The position numbers and the translations under genes were made by a program. This document shows, piece by piece, positions 1 through 8,432 of a stretch of 64,000 nt of DNA (position 1 is its first letter; each line of letters starts with the position of its first letter). Origin of the DNA: Gammaproteobacteria bacterium (GTDB lineage: Bacteria > Pseudomonadota > Gammaproteobacteria > Arenicellales > Poriferihabitantaceae). The stretch is taken from the NCBI GenBank assembly GCA_028817405.1, contig JAPPPS010000121.1, positions 9,139-73,138 of the forward strand, written 5' to 3'. The notes under the pieces were generated by a model. The model was given only the letters and a program-made list of their open reading frames with translations, ran no database searches and had not been told where the DNA came from.

Positions 1-148
1 CGACCGTCTGCCCGCGCACTCGGCGCTCCAAACCGGCCGGAATGCGCCACCGCAGTCGCCGCTCGCGCACCACCAAGCGGATGCGCGCGCCCTGCAACGC
101 GCCGCGAATGCCGCGCAGGGTGGTCTCGACTTCGGGCAGTTCCGGCAT
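1..148 (-). CDS. mutM: formamidopyrimidine-DNA glycosylase, N-terminal 49 codons (gene continues beyond left edge)
   Basis: Reverse-strand ATG at 146-148 is followed by [25 protein letters not shown] is the invariant Fpg/Nei N-terminus. The gene is missing from the ORF track only because the window edge cuts it. Confidence 0.85.
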   Translation of the reverse strand, partial: MPELPEVETTLRGIRGALQGARIRLVVRERRLRWRIPAGLERRVRGQTV

Positions 149-235
149 GGACAAAAGGCGGATGGCGGGGAAGACCGGCGGCGAAATGGATACAATCGGC
201 GACTGCAATTGGCGTGCCGCGCGCGCGAGCGCAAC

Positions 236-379
236 GACATCGAATCGACATCGAATCGACATCAAACCGCGCGTCGCCGCCTCGATGTTAACCGCAACCG
301 CGGTGCAATTCCCGCGCCAATTCCCGCGCCCATTTTCGCCGCGATGACTGCCGCCATGACCGCCGCGATGACCGCCGCC
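236..379. repeat. three adjacent short tandem duplications
   Basis: Read directly: (GACATCGAATC) x2.5 at 236-263, (CAATTCCCGCGC) x2 at 306-329, and (ATGACYGCCGCS) x3 at 344-379. Confidence 0.9.
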
Positions 380-1444
380 GCCGCCTTTGCCGCCATGACC
401 GACGCCGCCGCCACCGTCACCAACCGCCGCAACGCCGGCCAATTCACCGTGCGCGCCGGCGAGACCATCCTCGACGCCGCGCTGCGCGACAACCGCATCT
501 TTCCGTACGGCTGCCGCAGCGGCATGTGCGGCGCGTGCAAATCCACGCTGGTCGACGGCCGGGTGGACTACGGCGACTACGAAGACAGCGCGCTGACCGA
601 CGCCGAAATCGCGGCCGGCAAGTTGCTGCTGTGCCAGGCGACGCCGCGCGGCGATGTGGTCATCGATGTCGAGGAAATCCGCGCCGGCGAGAACATCCGC
701 ATCAAAAACATGCCGTGCCGGGTGGAGAAACTGACCCGCCTTGCCGACGATGTGATGCAGGTTTTTTTGCGCCTGCCGAAGACCCAGGAATTCAACTACA
801 TCCCGGGCCAGTATATCGACATTTTGTTGAAGGACGGCGCGCGCCGCAGTTTTTCCATCGCCAACCTGCCGCGGGATGCCGCCGATGAGGGGCTGGAGTT
901 GCATATCCGGCATGTGCCGGGCGGCCACTTCACGCCACAGGTTTTCGCCGCATTGCGGGCGCGCGATTTATTGCGGTTTGAGGGGCCTTTCGGGGTGTAT
1001 TTTCTGCAACCGGAAGCCGACCGGCCCATCATCATGGTCGCGGGCGGCACCGGTTTTGCGCCCATCAAGGCGTTGATTCAGCAGGCCTTGGGCGACCACC
1101 CGGAGCGCGCGATTCACCTGTTCTGGGGCGCGCGCGATGCGCCGGATTTGTATCTGCACGACCTCGCGCAAGCGTGGGCGCGCGCGCATCCGAACTTCCA
1201 ATACACGCCGGCGCTGTCGGAATCGAGCGCCGCCGACTGGCGCGGCGCGCGCGGCTGGGTGCACGAGACCGTGCTGGCGCGTTATGCCGATTTCGACGCC
1301 CACGATGTCTACGCCAGCGGGCCGCCGGTGATGGTCGATGCGGTGCGCGACGGGCTGCAAGCGCGCGGGATGCGCGCCGAGCGGTTCTTCTTCGATTCGT
1401 TTACCTACGCGCCGGTGGAGCAGAAGGCGGCCGGCGGGGAATAA
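344..1444 (+). CDS. 2Fe-2S ferredoxin / FAD / NAD(P)-binding oxidoreductase (Fre / CDP-6-deoxy-glucoseen-reductase-like)
   Basis: Part of ORF 209-1444. It has the plant-type ferredoxin motif [12 protein letters not shown]...LLCQA, the FAD motif RRSFSIAN and the NAD motif GGTGFAP. The start is ambiguous among in-frame ATGs at 344, 356, 368 and 395. Confidence 0.8.
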   Translation: MTAAMTAAMTAAAAFAAMTDAAATVTNRRNAGQFTVRAGETILDAALRDNRIFPYGCRSGMCGACKSTLVDGRVDYGDYEDSALTDAEIAAGKLLLCQATPRGDVVIDVEEIRAGENIRIKNMPCRVEKLTRLADDVMQVFLRLPKTQEFNYIPGQYIDILLKDGARRSFSIANLPRDAADEGLELHIRHVPGGHFTPQVFAALRARDLLRFEGPFGVYFLQPEADRPIIMVAGGTGFAPIKALIQQALGDHPERAIHLFWGARDAPDLYLHDLAQAWARAHPNFQYTPALSESSAADWRGARGWVHETVLARYADFDAHDVYASGPPVMVDAVRDGLQARGMRAERFFFDSFTYAPVEQKAAGGE

Positions 1445-1450
1445 GTCGAC

Positions 1451-1490
1451 GGGGCGCGACCGGGAACCGTGGGGCGCGACCGGGAACCGT
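1451..1490. repeat. perfect 20-bp tandem duplication (GGGGCGCGACCGGGAACCGT x2)
   Basis: Read directly in the spacer after the oxidoreductase stop codon. Confidence 0.95.
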
Positions 1491-1535
1491 GCCGCCACCG
1501 TCAACCGTCGACTCGGGTCGACTCAGCAACCACCG

Positions 1536-2009
1536 TCAACCGCGCACACCGTCGCGCTCGGTAATGGTCATCAAAGTCGCGGTCATGTGGGCGATGAGTT
1601 TGGGCGCGCCGCCGTTGCCGTCCTGCGCATGCGCTTCGCCGTGGGCCACGGTCAGGGTCCGCCCGGGCTTGACCACGCGGCCGGTGAACGCGAACCGCGC
1701 GCCTTTGGCCGGCGCCAGGAGATTGACTTTGAACTCCACGGTCAGCACCGCAGCGTCGGCCGGCATCAGCGAAAACGCCGCGTAGCCGCAGGCGCTGTCC
1801 AGCGCCGCGGTCACCACGCCGGCGTGCAGAAAACCGTGCTGCTGGGTCAACGCCTCGTCATAACGCAGGCGCAACTCGACCGCGCCGGGCGCGACCCGCG
1901 CCAACGCCACGCCCAAGGTTTCCATCACCCGCTGGCGCGCGAAACTGGCCTCGACGCGGGCGCGGTAATCCGGGTCTGGCGGCTTAAATTGCGCCGGCGG
2001 CGGTGGCAT
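1536..2009 (-). CDS. PaaI-family hotdog-fold thioesterase
   Basis: Part of ORF 1536-2021; the track start is TTG and the first ATG is at 2007-2009. The core reads QQHGFLHAGVVTAALDSACGYAA, and the size of about 157 aa is typical of the family. Confidence 0.8.
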   Translation of the reverse strand: MPPPPAQFKPPDPDYRARVEASFARQRVMETLGVALARVAPGAVELRLRYDEALTQQHGFLHAGVVTAALDSACGYAAFSLMPADAAVLTVEFKVNLLAPAKGARFAFTGRVVKPGRTLTVAHGEAHAQDGNGGAPKLIAHMTATLMTITERDGVRG

Positions 2010-2050
2010 GAACGCGGGCAAAATGGGCGCGGACGCGGTTGCGCGGGCCG

Positions 2051-3949
2051 TTAGGCCACTTCAAACAAGTCCGCGCCGGCGTCGGCGATGAGCGGCGCGG
2101 CGCGGCCGATGACTTCGGCAAGCGCGCTCGCTTGCGGCATTTCCGCGGCGAAATAAAACTTGGCGGTGTGGATTTTGTGACGGTAGAAAGCGTCGCCGCC
2201 GTCGCCGCCATCGCCGCCATCGCGCGCCAACTCGGCGCGACTAACCGCCGCGGCTTTCAGCATCCGCCAGCCGCATGCGGTCACGCCCCACAACCGCAGA
2301 TACGGCTCGGCGACCGCGCCCGGCAACCGCGCATCGGCGGCGGCGGCGGCCACCAGCGACTCGGCCGCCGCCTGCAGCAAGTCCAGCGCGGCGCGCATGG
2401 CATCGGCCATGACGGTGATGTCTTGGTCGTCCGCGTCGCCCAGCGCCTCGCATTCGGCGCGAATGCGCGCAATCACCCGCGCCGTGGCCGCGCCGCCGTC
2501 GGCGGTCAACTTGCGCCCGACCAAGTCCATGGCCTGAATGCCGGTGGTGCCTTCGTAAATCGGCGTGATGCGCTGGTCGCGGTAGTGCTGCGCCGCGCCG
2601 GTCTCCTCGATGAAACCCATGCCGCCGTGCACCTGCAGCGCCAGCGACACATTCTCCACGCCGACTTCGGTGGCGTAGCCCTTGATGACCGGGGTCAGCA
2701 CTTCCAGCAGGTCGCGAGCGCGCGCCTTGGCCTCGGCGTCCGGCTGGCGGCGCGCGTGGTCGATGTTGGCGGCCACCGTCAGCGACAGCGCGCGCAGCGC
2801 TTCGATGCGGCATTTTTGTGCCAACAGCATGCGCTTGACATCGGGGTGGCGGATGATGGGGACGCGCTCGCCGCCGCCACCACCATTATCGTCCGCGCGC
2901 CCCTGAACGCGCTCGGCGGCGAACCCCGCCGCCTGCTGGTAGGCGCGCTCGGCCACGCCGTTGCCCTCCACGCCGACCGCGTGGCGCGCCAAGTTCATCA
3001 TCGTGAACATGTACATGAGGCCGCGGTTTTCCTCGCCGACCAGGTAGCCGATGGCGCCGCTGTTTTCGCTTTTTTCGCCACCGTCGTCGCCGCCATTTTC
3101 ACCGTCACCGCCACCGTCGCCGCCGGACTTGCCGCCGTACCCCAACACCGCGGTCGGGCTGGCGTGGATGCCGAGTTTGTGCTCCAGCGACAGCGTCTCG
3201 ATGGCGTTGCGCCGCGTCCATGCGCCGCGGTTGTCCGGGAGGAATTTCGGCACGATAAAAAGCGAGATGCCCTTGACTCCCGGCGGCGCGTCCGGGGTGC
3301 GCGCCAGCACCAAGTGGATGATGTTGTCGGTCAAGTCGTGGTCGCCGTAGGTGATGAAAATTTTCTGGCCGCTGATGCGGTGGTGGTCGCCGTCCGCCGA
3401 GGTCGTCGCGGGGACGGCGCGGGTGCGCACCGCGCTCAAGTCGGAGCCGGCCTGCGGCTCGGTCAGGTTCATGGTGCCGGACCATTCGCCGGACACCAAC
3501 TTCGGCAGGAAGGTGTCGCGCTGCCGCGGCGTGCCGTGCGCTTCGATGGCCGCAATCGCGCTCTGGGTCAGCAGCGGGCACAGCGAGAACGCCATGTTGG
3601 CGGCGTGCCAGATTTCCGCCACCGCGGTGGCCGCCAGCCACGGCAGGCCCTGGCCGCCGAACGCCGGGTCAAACGGCAGGCCGTTCCAGCCGCCGGCGAC
3701 GAACTGCCGGTACGCGTCCCGCCAGCCGTCCGCGGTCACCACCCGGCCGCCCTCCAGCCGCGCGCCGCGCCGGTCGCCGCTGTGGTTAAGCGGCGCGAGA
3801 ACTTCGGCCGCAAACTTGCCGGCCTCATCGAGAACACTGCGCAACAACTCCGGCGTGGCGTCCTCAAAACCCGGCAACCGGGCAACGCCGGCCAAATCAG
3901 CCAACTCACAAGCAAAAACCAAATCGCGGACAGGGGCGGTGTAGGGCAT
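2051..3949 (-). CDS. long acyl-CoA dehydrogenase with C-terminal extension domain
   Basis: Part of ORF 2051-4063. The best start is ATG 3947-3949 (MPYTAPVRDLVF). Acyl-CoA dehydrogenase blocks IFITYGDHD and GGMGFIEETGAAQHYRDQRITPIYEGTTGIQA are present. The gene contains a Gly/Asp-rich insert (GGKSGGDGGGDGENGGDDGGEKSENSG). Confidence 0.85.
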   Translation of the reverse strand: MPYTAPVRDLVFACELADLAGVARLPGFEDATPELLRSVLDEAGKFAAEVLAPLNHSGDRRGARLEGGRVVTADGWRDAYRQFVAGGWNGLPFDPAFGGQGLPWLAATAVAEIWHAANMAFSLCPLLTQSAIAAIEAHGTPRQRDTFLPKLVSGEWSGTMNLTEPQAGSDLSAVRTRAVPATTSADGDHHRISGQKIFITYGDHDLTDNIIHLVLARTPDAPPGVKGISLFIVPKFLPDNRGAWTRRNAIETLSLEHKLGIHASPTAVLGYGGKSGGDGGGDGENGGDDGGEKSENSGAIGYLVGEENRGLMYMFTMMNLARHAVGVEGNGVAERAYQQAAGFAAERVQGRADDNGGGGGERVPIIRHPDVKRMLLAQKCRIEALRALSLTVAANIDHARRQPDAEAKARARDLLEVLTPVIKGYATEVGVENVSLALQVHGGMGFIEETGAAQHYRDQRITPIYEGTTGIQAMDLVGRKLTADGGAATARVIARIRAECEALGDADDQDITVMADAMRAALDLLQAAAESLVAAAAADARLPGAVAEPYLRLWGVTACGWRMLKAAAVSRAELARDGGDGGDGGDAFYRHKIHTAKFYFAAEMPQASALAEVIGRAAPLIADAGADLFEVA

Positions 3950-4119
3950 GGTGGTGGCAGCAGGGAAACGAACCGCGATTATAAACGTACAATCCCGCGC
4001 GCGCCGCCACCCACGCCCTCGCCGCCACGCCCACAGTCTGTTAAGCGGACATTCGGCGCTCACTGGCCACTTCGGATGGTTGTGCTATTGTGCCGCCACA
4101 TTCACCAACGGAAAATATC

Positions 4120-4765
4120 ATGTACACCGACATCGACCGCCGAAAATTTCGATTTATTCGGTCATCCGCATCTCGACCGTCCGCGTTTGCCGCTGTGTTG
4201 TTGTCCGCCGCGTTGTTGTTTGGCGTGGCCGCGCCGGCGGCGGGCAAGACCCTGCACATGCACAACGGCGGCGACCCGGCGTCGCTGGACCCGCACAAGG
4301 TGTCCGGCGACTGGGAGAACCGCATCGTCGGCGATTTGTTCGAGGGGCTGGTCACCGAAGACCGCCAGGCATCGCCGATTCCCGGCATGGCGTTGCGGTG
4401 GGAGATTTCCGCCGACGGGCTGACTTATACTTTCCACTTGCGCGATGCCAAGTGGTCGGACGGAGAGGCCGTGACCGCGCATGATTTTGTGTTCGCGCTG
4501 CGGCGTTTAATGGACCCGCAAACCGCCGCCAACTACGCCTATTTGCAGTATCCGATTCGGGGCGCCGAGGCGGTCAACACGTTTAACCTTGCGATACAAC
4601 ACCAATGAGAACCACAAGCGCGTTGCCATCGCCGTGTCCGGCATGTGGAAAGCGTTGGGCGTGGCGACCGAACTGGTCAACACCGAAGTGAAAGTGCATT
4701 ACGATGACTTGCAGCGCAACACCGGTTTCGACATTGCGCGCGCCGGTTGGTGGAGCGGGGCATAA
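4120..4765 (+). pseudogene. decayed family-5 (OppA/DppA-like) peptide-binding protein gene
   Basis: A signal peptide and N-terminal ~160 aa (GGDPASLDPHK, TYTFHLRDAKWSDGEAVTAHDFVFALRRLMDP) end at a stop at 4606-4608. A fragment in another frame (4611-4765) encodes MWKALGVATELVNTEVKVHYDDLQRNTGFDIARAGW, which resembles the near-C-terminal part of the same family. The middle and the extreme C-terminus are missing, and no permease or ATPase genes follow. Confidence 0.7.
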
Positions 4766-4790
4766 AAAACCGCCCGGCGGGGCCGGGCGG
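4764..4790 (-). terminator. intrinsic terminator (9-bp GC stem, 3-nt loop, T6 on the minus strand)
   Basis: CCGCCCGGC (4770-4778) pairs with GCCGGGCGG (4782-4790). On the plus strand A6 lies at 4764-4769, so on the minus strand the hairpin is followed by TTTTTT. Confidence 0.6.
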
Positions 4791-4805
4791 TTGGGAGTTA
4801 TCGTG

Positions 4806-4816
4806 AGGCGGTTTCT
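4806..4816. repeat. left copy of the 11-bp direct repeat AGGCGGTTTCT flanking the low-GC island
   Basis: An identical 11-mer occurs at 8281-8291. Both copies sit where base composition changes. Confidence 0.55.
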
Positions 4817-5041
4817 TTCAAGTAAGTAAGAAAACGCTCGATCGCCGCTCATCGGCGCGGCTTGCTCGCAAAGCCGGGCCATGCGCCGGCGCAGCGCGGT
4901 TAGGTGGCGGTTGATGGAAACGCGGCTCAAGCGGGTCAGGGCGGCGATTTGCACGGCGTTCAAATCCAGCGCAAACAGGCGCAAGATGCGGCGGAATTTC
5001 GCATCCGAAATTCGAGAATGGTAAACATAGCGATTTGCCAT
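4817..5041 (-). pseudogene. N-terminal stub of an IS1595-family-like transposase (HTH part only)
   Basis: MANRYVYHSRISDAKFRRILRLFALDLNAVQIAALTRLSRVSINRHLTALRRRMARLCEQ matches my memory of the N-terminal HTH region of IS1595/ISXO2-like transposases. No DDE domain follows, and the reading frame runs out of the island into unrelated sequence. Confidence 0.5.
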
Positions 5042-5140
5042 TGATAATCAACAAGTTACGCATGTTTTGCATCATTTAAGTTATCATGACTCCTTAAAAA
5101 ACCCATACACCAAAAAAGCCGGATAAGAGTCATTTCATTA

Positions 5141-6067
5141 TTATTTCTGCAACCCAGCCGCTTTCGCCGCGGCCGAAGTCCAACATTTCACCCTCTTTAA
5201 TACATCCTCACTGATGTCGTCACAAACCTCAACGATTCGGCAACGGTCGAACAACAAACCGGCATCACTTATATCATTGTACCAATTGCTCCGTGACAAA
5301 GCCTCCGAAACAAAGAACGCACGTATGGGCGGAACAGCGGGGAAAGATTGAAGCCACTTTCTGCAGAACGAATCGGGTTGAAGTTGAGAAAGTGAATCTT
5401 TATAATTGGTTCCTGTTTTACACTGCCCAAAAATGATAAGTTGCCCCGCCGATTTATCCACAAAGGGTTTCCATGCGACAACATCGAGTTTGCCGTCTTT
5501 CTGATTCGATGAAGTGTTACTGCGACTCATGAAGCCGTTTCCTTCCTTAATCTTCCTGCAAAGATGATCGACTTTGTCAGAAAAACCGGCCGCCCCGGCA
5601 ACGGCACCAAAGACAACACTTTCGGCGCGGGGGCCAAGGTATTCTCGGGCTGATTCTGCGGCAAGTTCTTCGAAGAGAAGCGTACCGTCAATATCCGCAT
5701 AAATCTTGTTGCTTTGCATGTTCAAGCGGGTTGCCAAAAGCAGATACTTGTAAATTATGTGCTTTATATTACTGTCGGCAGTCTGATTGGCACGGAGTAT
5801 AGACCCCCTTCTGGTGATTTCGAACGGATACCCGTCTCCACATGCCTCCTTGCGCTGCTCAATCTCCATATATGTTTCTTCTACAATTTCATCCGCTACA
5901 TCTTCCTCCGGCACACCGCGAGAATAGTCGTTTTCTTCATTTCTGCCGAATAATTTGGACAGGGAAGCCATCGACAAGCCATTTCCCTGCCAACCGGTCA
6001 ACTCGGCAAAGTCGGCAATCTCGTGTTTGGGCGCACGAGCGGATGGAGACCCCGGCCACTTGAACAT
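5141..6067 (-). CDS. hypothetical protein with a possible PD-(D/E)xK-type nuclease core
   Basis: Part of ORF 5141-6070; the track start is TTG, and the ATG at 6065-6067 overlaps the upstream stop codon (TGATG). The candidate motif is GKLDVVAWKPF...IIFGQCKTG (D...QxK). I did not recognise the family. GC content is low. Confidence 0.6.
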   Translation of the reverse strand: MFKWPGSPSARAPKHEIADFAELTGWQGNGLSMASLSKLFGRNEENDYSRGVPEEDVADEIVEETYMEIEQRKEACGDGYPFEITRRGSILRANQTADSNIKHIIYKYLLLATRLNMQSNKIYADIDGTLLFEELAAESAREYLGPRAESVVFGAVAGAAGFSDKVDHLCRKIKEGNGFMSRSNTSSNQKDGKLDVVAWKPFVDKSAGQLIIFGQCKTGTNYKDSLSQLQPDSFCRKWLQSFPAVPPIRAFFVSEALSRSNWYNDISDAGLLFDRCRIVEVCDDISEDVLKRVKCWTSAAAKAAGLQK

Positions 6068-7176
6068 CAACCGCTGTTCCTCCGGCGTCTTTTATTATCG
6101 GATTTGCGCTTTCGCTTGCGATACATTTCACTGTGCAAATCCTCTGCAATCTCTGTTACTTCAGCGGCAATGCCAAGCAGTTTTTCAGAACCATCATAGC
6201 CGGTGGAGAGAGTGCTATGCGCTTTTTGAAGATGCCGCTTCGATGCGAGCAAGGATTCCTCAAAAACAGTGGATGATGGACGAGTTAACTCGTAGGCAGA
6301 ATCAAGGTCCACACCATCTCGCAGAGCGGCAAGCGCCTCTATATTATCTACGACAGCATCAAGTCGCCGAAGGTGGGGGTTCTGGGTCTTAACGACGGGA
6401 GGTATGTCATCCTTTTTGCTACCGTAAATCCAGAGGCAAATTTCACGGAGTTCCCCCTTTTTCCCGGGAGGTACCGGGTCCGAATATTCGTCTGCCACAG
6501 GCTGCAAATCGATAAAAGCGCTGATGCCGGGATATTCAAGTCCAGTATAAAGATGTGAAAATGCAAAATGATTCCGCCAGCGGTCTTCCCGGTCGAACAC
6601 TTTCAGTCGTTCAGCCTGCTCAACAACCATAAGGCCGCGGAACAATCTCTGAACTGTTTTATGTGTATCACCAATCTGTTTTGCTATGTCTTCGAGATTA
6701 ATCCCGAAATTTCTGTGCACATCCGCGATATATTGAGATTTGGCATAACTGCTCCATTTGGCCGGACCGTTTACATGCTTGAAGCCCAGATAACGCTAGG
6801 CCTTTTCCCGCGTACTGGATATTGCGGGGATTTCTTGCAGCGCTTTTTTGGCGTCCTTTCCAATGCCGGGAATGCTCTTTGCCAATCCCGGGACAAGATT
6901 AGGATTCAAAAGCAGTTTGACCGCCGCGAGACGGCGGTTTCCCTCAATAACAACATGTCGCCCGTTTTCTTCGGCGACAAGCACGGGTTCGTGACGAAAA
7001 AACCCGCTGGCGGCGATGGACATTGTCAACTCTTCCACATCCATCGCTTCCCACAGAATTTCCATCACTTCAGATTCTTTGGAATCATCAGTCAAATTGA
7101 ACTCGGCCAATCGAGGATTTTTGCGGTCAAAATGAAGATCCGATATCTTCATTAATCTGCTCGTTTCAGCGTTCAT
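6067..7176 (-). pseudogene. ParB/Srx-like N-terminal domain protein interrupted by a single in-frame TAG (6796-6798)
   Basis: ORFs 6796-7176 and 6067-6720 are in the same frame. The 75 nt between them are open and read RYLGFKHVNGPAKWSSYAKSQYIADV directly into the second ORF. The ParB-type motif VVIEGNRRLAAVKLL is present. Uninterrupted, the gene would encode about 369 aa. Confidence 0.8.
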
Positions 7177-8075
7177 CGGAACATCCTCTCTGGATTGATG
7201 TCGTCTCGCGCCCGGACATCTTCATTTTCCGGCGGCATGGGAATCTGTACATGCGAAGGAGAAATCAGCAATTCCCGCATCTGCTGTTTACGCTGCAGAC
7301 TGTATCGAATCGGGAGAGAATGGATGACGAAGGTTTCGTATAACCCCCTGATAAACCGTGCGTTGTCATATGACATAACCCACTTAAGTGTATTTTGGCG
7401 CCGCAGGTGACGGGCTAAATCATCATGTTCTTTGTGTGAATAGGAATTCAAGTAGAGGCGGCCACCTTTTGAATAATAGGGAGGGTCAAGATATACAAAC
7501 GCACGTTTCCGCCCATGCCCGCGAGGAAGGCGTTTTGCAAGGAACTCGCGCGCATCGGTGTTGGTAATGTGAATTTGCTCGCGTTTTTGCGCCACCTTGG
7601 TGACTCGTTCCGCGAGGCCCTCTCTGCCAAAACGGGCGTCGATTTTCCACTTCCCTGCCTGTGCATACCCCCCAATGGGGGCGGCCCCGGATAAAACGCC
7701 CGAACGGTTGCAACGATTCAGGTAGAAAGTGGCAAAACCGAGAGCAAAAGGATCCTTGGCATCCTTTCGCAAATACACTTGCCACTGTTTCTTCCACTCG
7801 GCAATGCTCACCGGAACGGACAAAATAGTATCAGCAAATCGCGCCGGTTCATTGAGAACGGCATGCCAGAAAGCGGTGATGCGGGGGTCCAGGTCGTTCA
7901 GGTAAATGTTAGAGACGGTGCCTTCCCGCAGAAGGCGCAATGCCGCCCCCGCGCCACCGGCAAACGGCTCAAAATACGGGCAGCCGGTAAGGTCGTTCAA
8001 CTCGATGGTCCGCCTCAGAAAGGCCGCAAGCGATGCCTTTCCCCCCGGATATCTAAGTGGACTATCGTGTTTCAT
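7173..8075 (-). CDS. Dam-class (D12, alpha-type) N6-adenine DNA methyltransferase
   Basis: Motifs LRYPGGK, EPFAGGAG (FxGxG) and YLDPPYY (DPPY) are present. The stop codon overlaps the ParB-like start (ATGA). Confidence 0.85.
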   Translation of the reverse strand: MKHDSPLRYPGGKASLAAFLRRTIELNDLTGCPYFEPFAGGAGAALRLLREGTVSNIYLNDLDPRITAFWHAVLNEPARFADTILSVPVSIAEWKKQWQVYLRKDAKDPFALGFATFYLNRCNRSGVLSGAAPIGGYAQAGKWKIDARFGREGLAERVTKVAQKREQIHITNTDAREFLAKRLPRGHGRKRAFVYLDPPYYSKGGRLYLNSYSHKEHDDLARHLRRQNTLKWVMSYDNARFIRGLYETFVIHSLPIRYSLQRKQQMRELLISPSHVQIPMPPENEDVRARDDINPERMFR

Positions 8076-8280
8076 GTTCCGCTAATCTCGTTCGGGTCGC
8101 CCCTGATCGCCCAAGGCTACACCGGAACCTCTGACTTCGGGTGACATTGTAACGCCCACAGGCGGCCTCGTTTCACGGGTTGGCCCGAAAAGCCATCATT
8201 CACCTTTGCGCGCACATCGACCTTACCGGTAACTATATCGGCAGTCAAGCGGGTGTACGGGCTCAAAAAGCATGAAATTA

Positions 8281-8291
8281 AGGCGGTTTCT
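8281..8291. repeat. right copy of the 11-bp direct repeat AGGCGGTTTCT
   Basis: Identical to 4806-4816. Confidence 0.55.
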
Positions 8292-8432
8292 GCGAGGGAT
8301 TGATAGTATGCCTATTGGGGTTTGGAAGTTTTGGCGTTTGCCGCCGTGTGGGCGGCGGCACATACAGGGCGATGCCGTGTTGTTGGCGGGCCAGTTCGAA
8401 GGCGGCGCGGAATGACGACCCCCGCCGCCGCG

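Larger units (their letters stand above)
4806..8291. mobile_element. ~3.5 kb low-GC genomic island (transposase stub plus a three-gene methyltransferase/ParB-like/nuclease-like operon)
   Basis: The segment is visibly more AT-rich than the flanks and is bounded by the 11-bp direct repeat. It carries an IS-type transposase fragment and lies between an acyl-CoA dehydrogenase gene and a terminator hairpin. Confidence 0.6.

Noticed and set aside
2039-4423. 794-aa plus-strand ORF overlapping the acyl-CoA dehydrogenase gene
   Set aside because: It is an antisense shadow ORF typical of GC-rich DNA. Its translation is Arg/Ala/Gly-rich low-complexity sequence with no motifs, while the minus-strand frame has clear acyl-CoA dehydrogenase blocks.
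6796-6798. In-frame TAG as programmed recoding (pyrrolysine or read-through)
   Set aside because: I see no Pyl machinery or recoding signal in the window, and the lineage is proteobacterial. A simple nonsense mutation in a horizontally acquired gene is the more economical reading.
8076-8280. Unannotated ~200 bp at the right end of the island, checked for a small gene or integrase remnant
   Set aside because: Only short ORFs occur here (for example ...TADIVTGKVDVRAKVNDGFSGQPVKRGRLWAL), with no start context or motif I can recognise. The interval is left unannotated.
8339-8360. Hairpin TGCCGCCG-TGTGGG-CGGCGGCA downstream of the second acyl-CoA dehydrogenase, considered as its terminator
   Set aside because: No U-tract follows on either strand. 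The hairpin at 4770-4790 with T6 is a much better terminator candidate once the island is removed conceptually.
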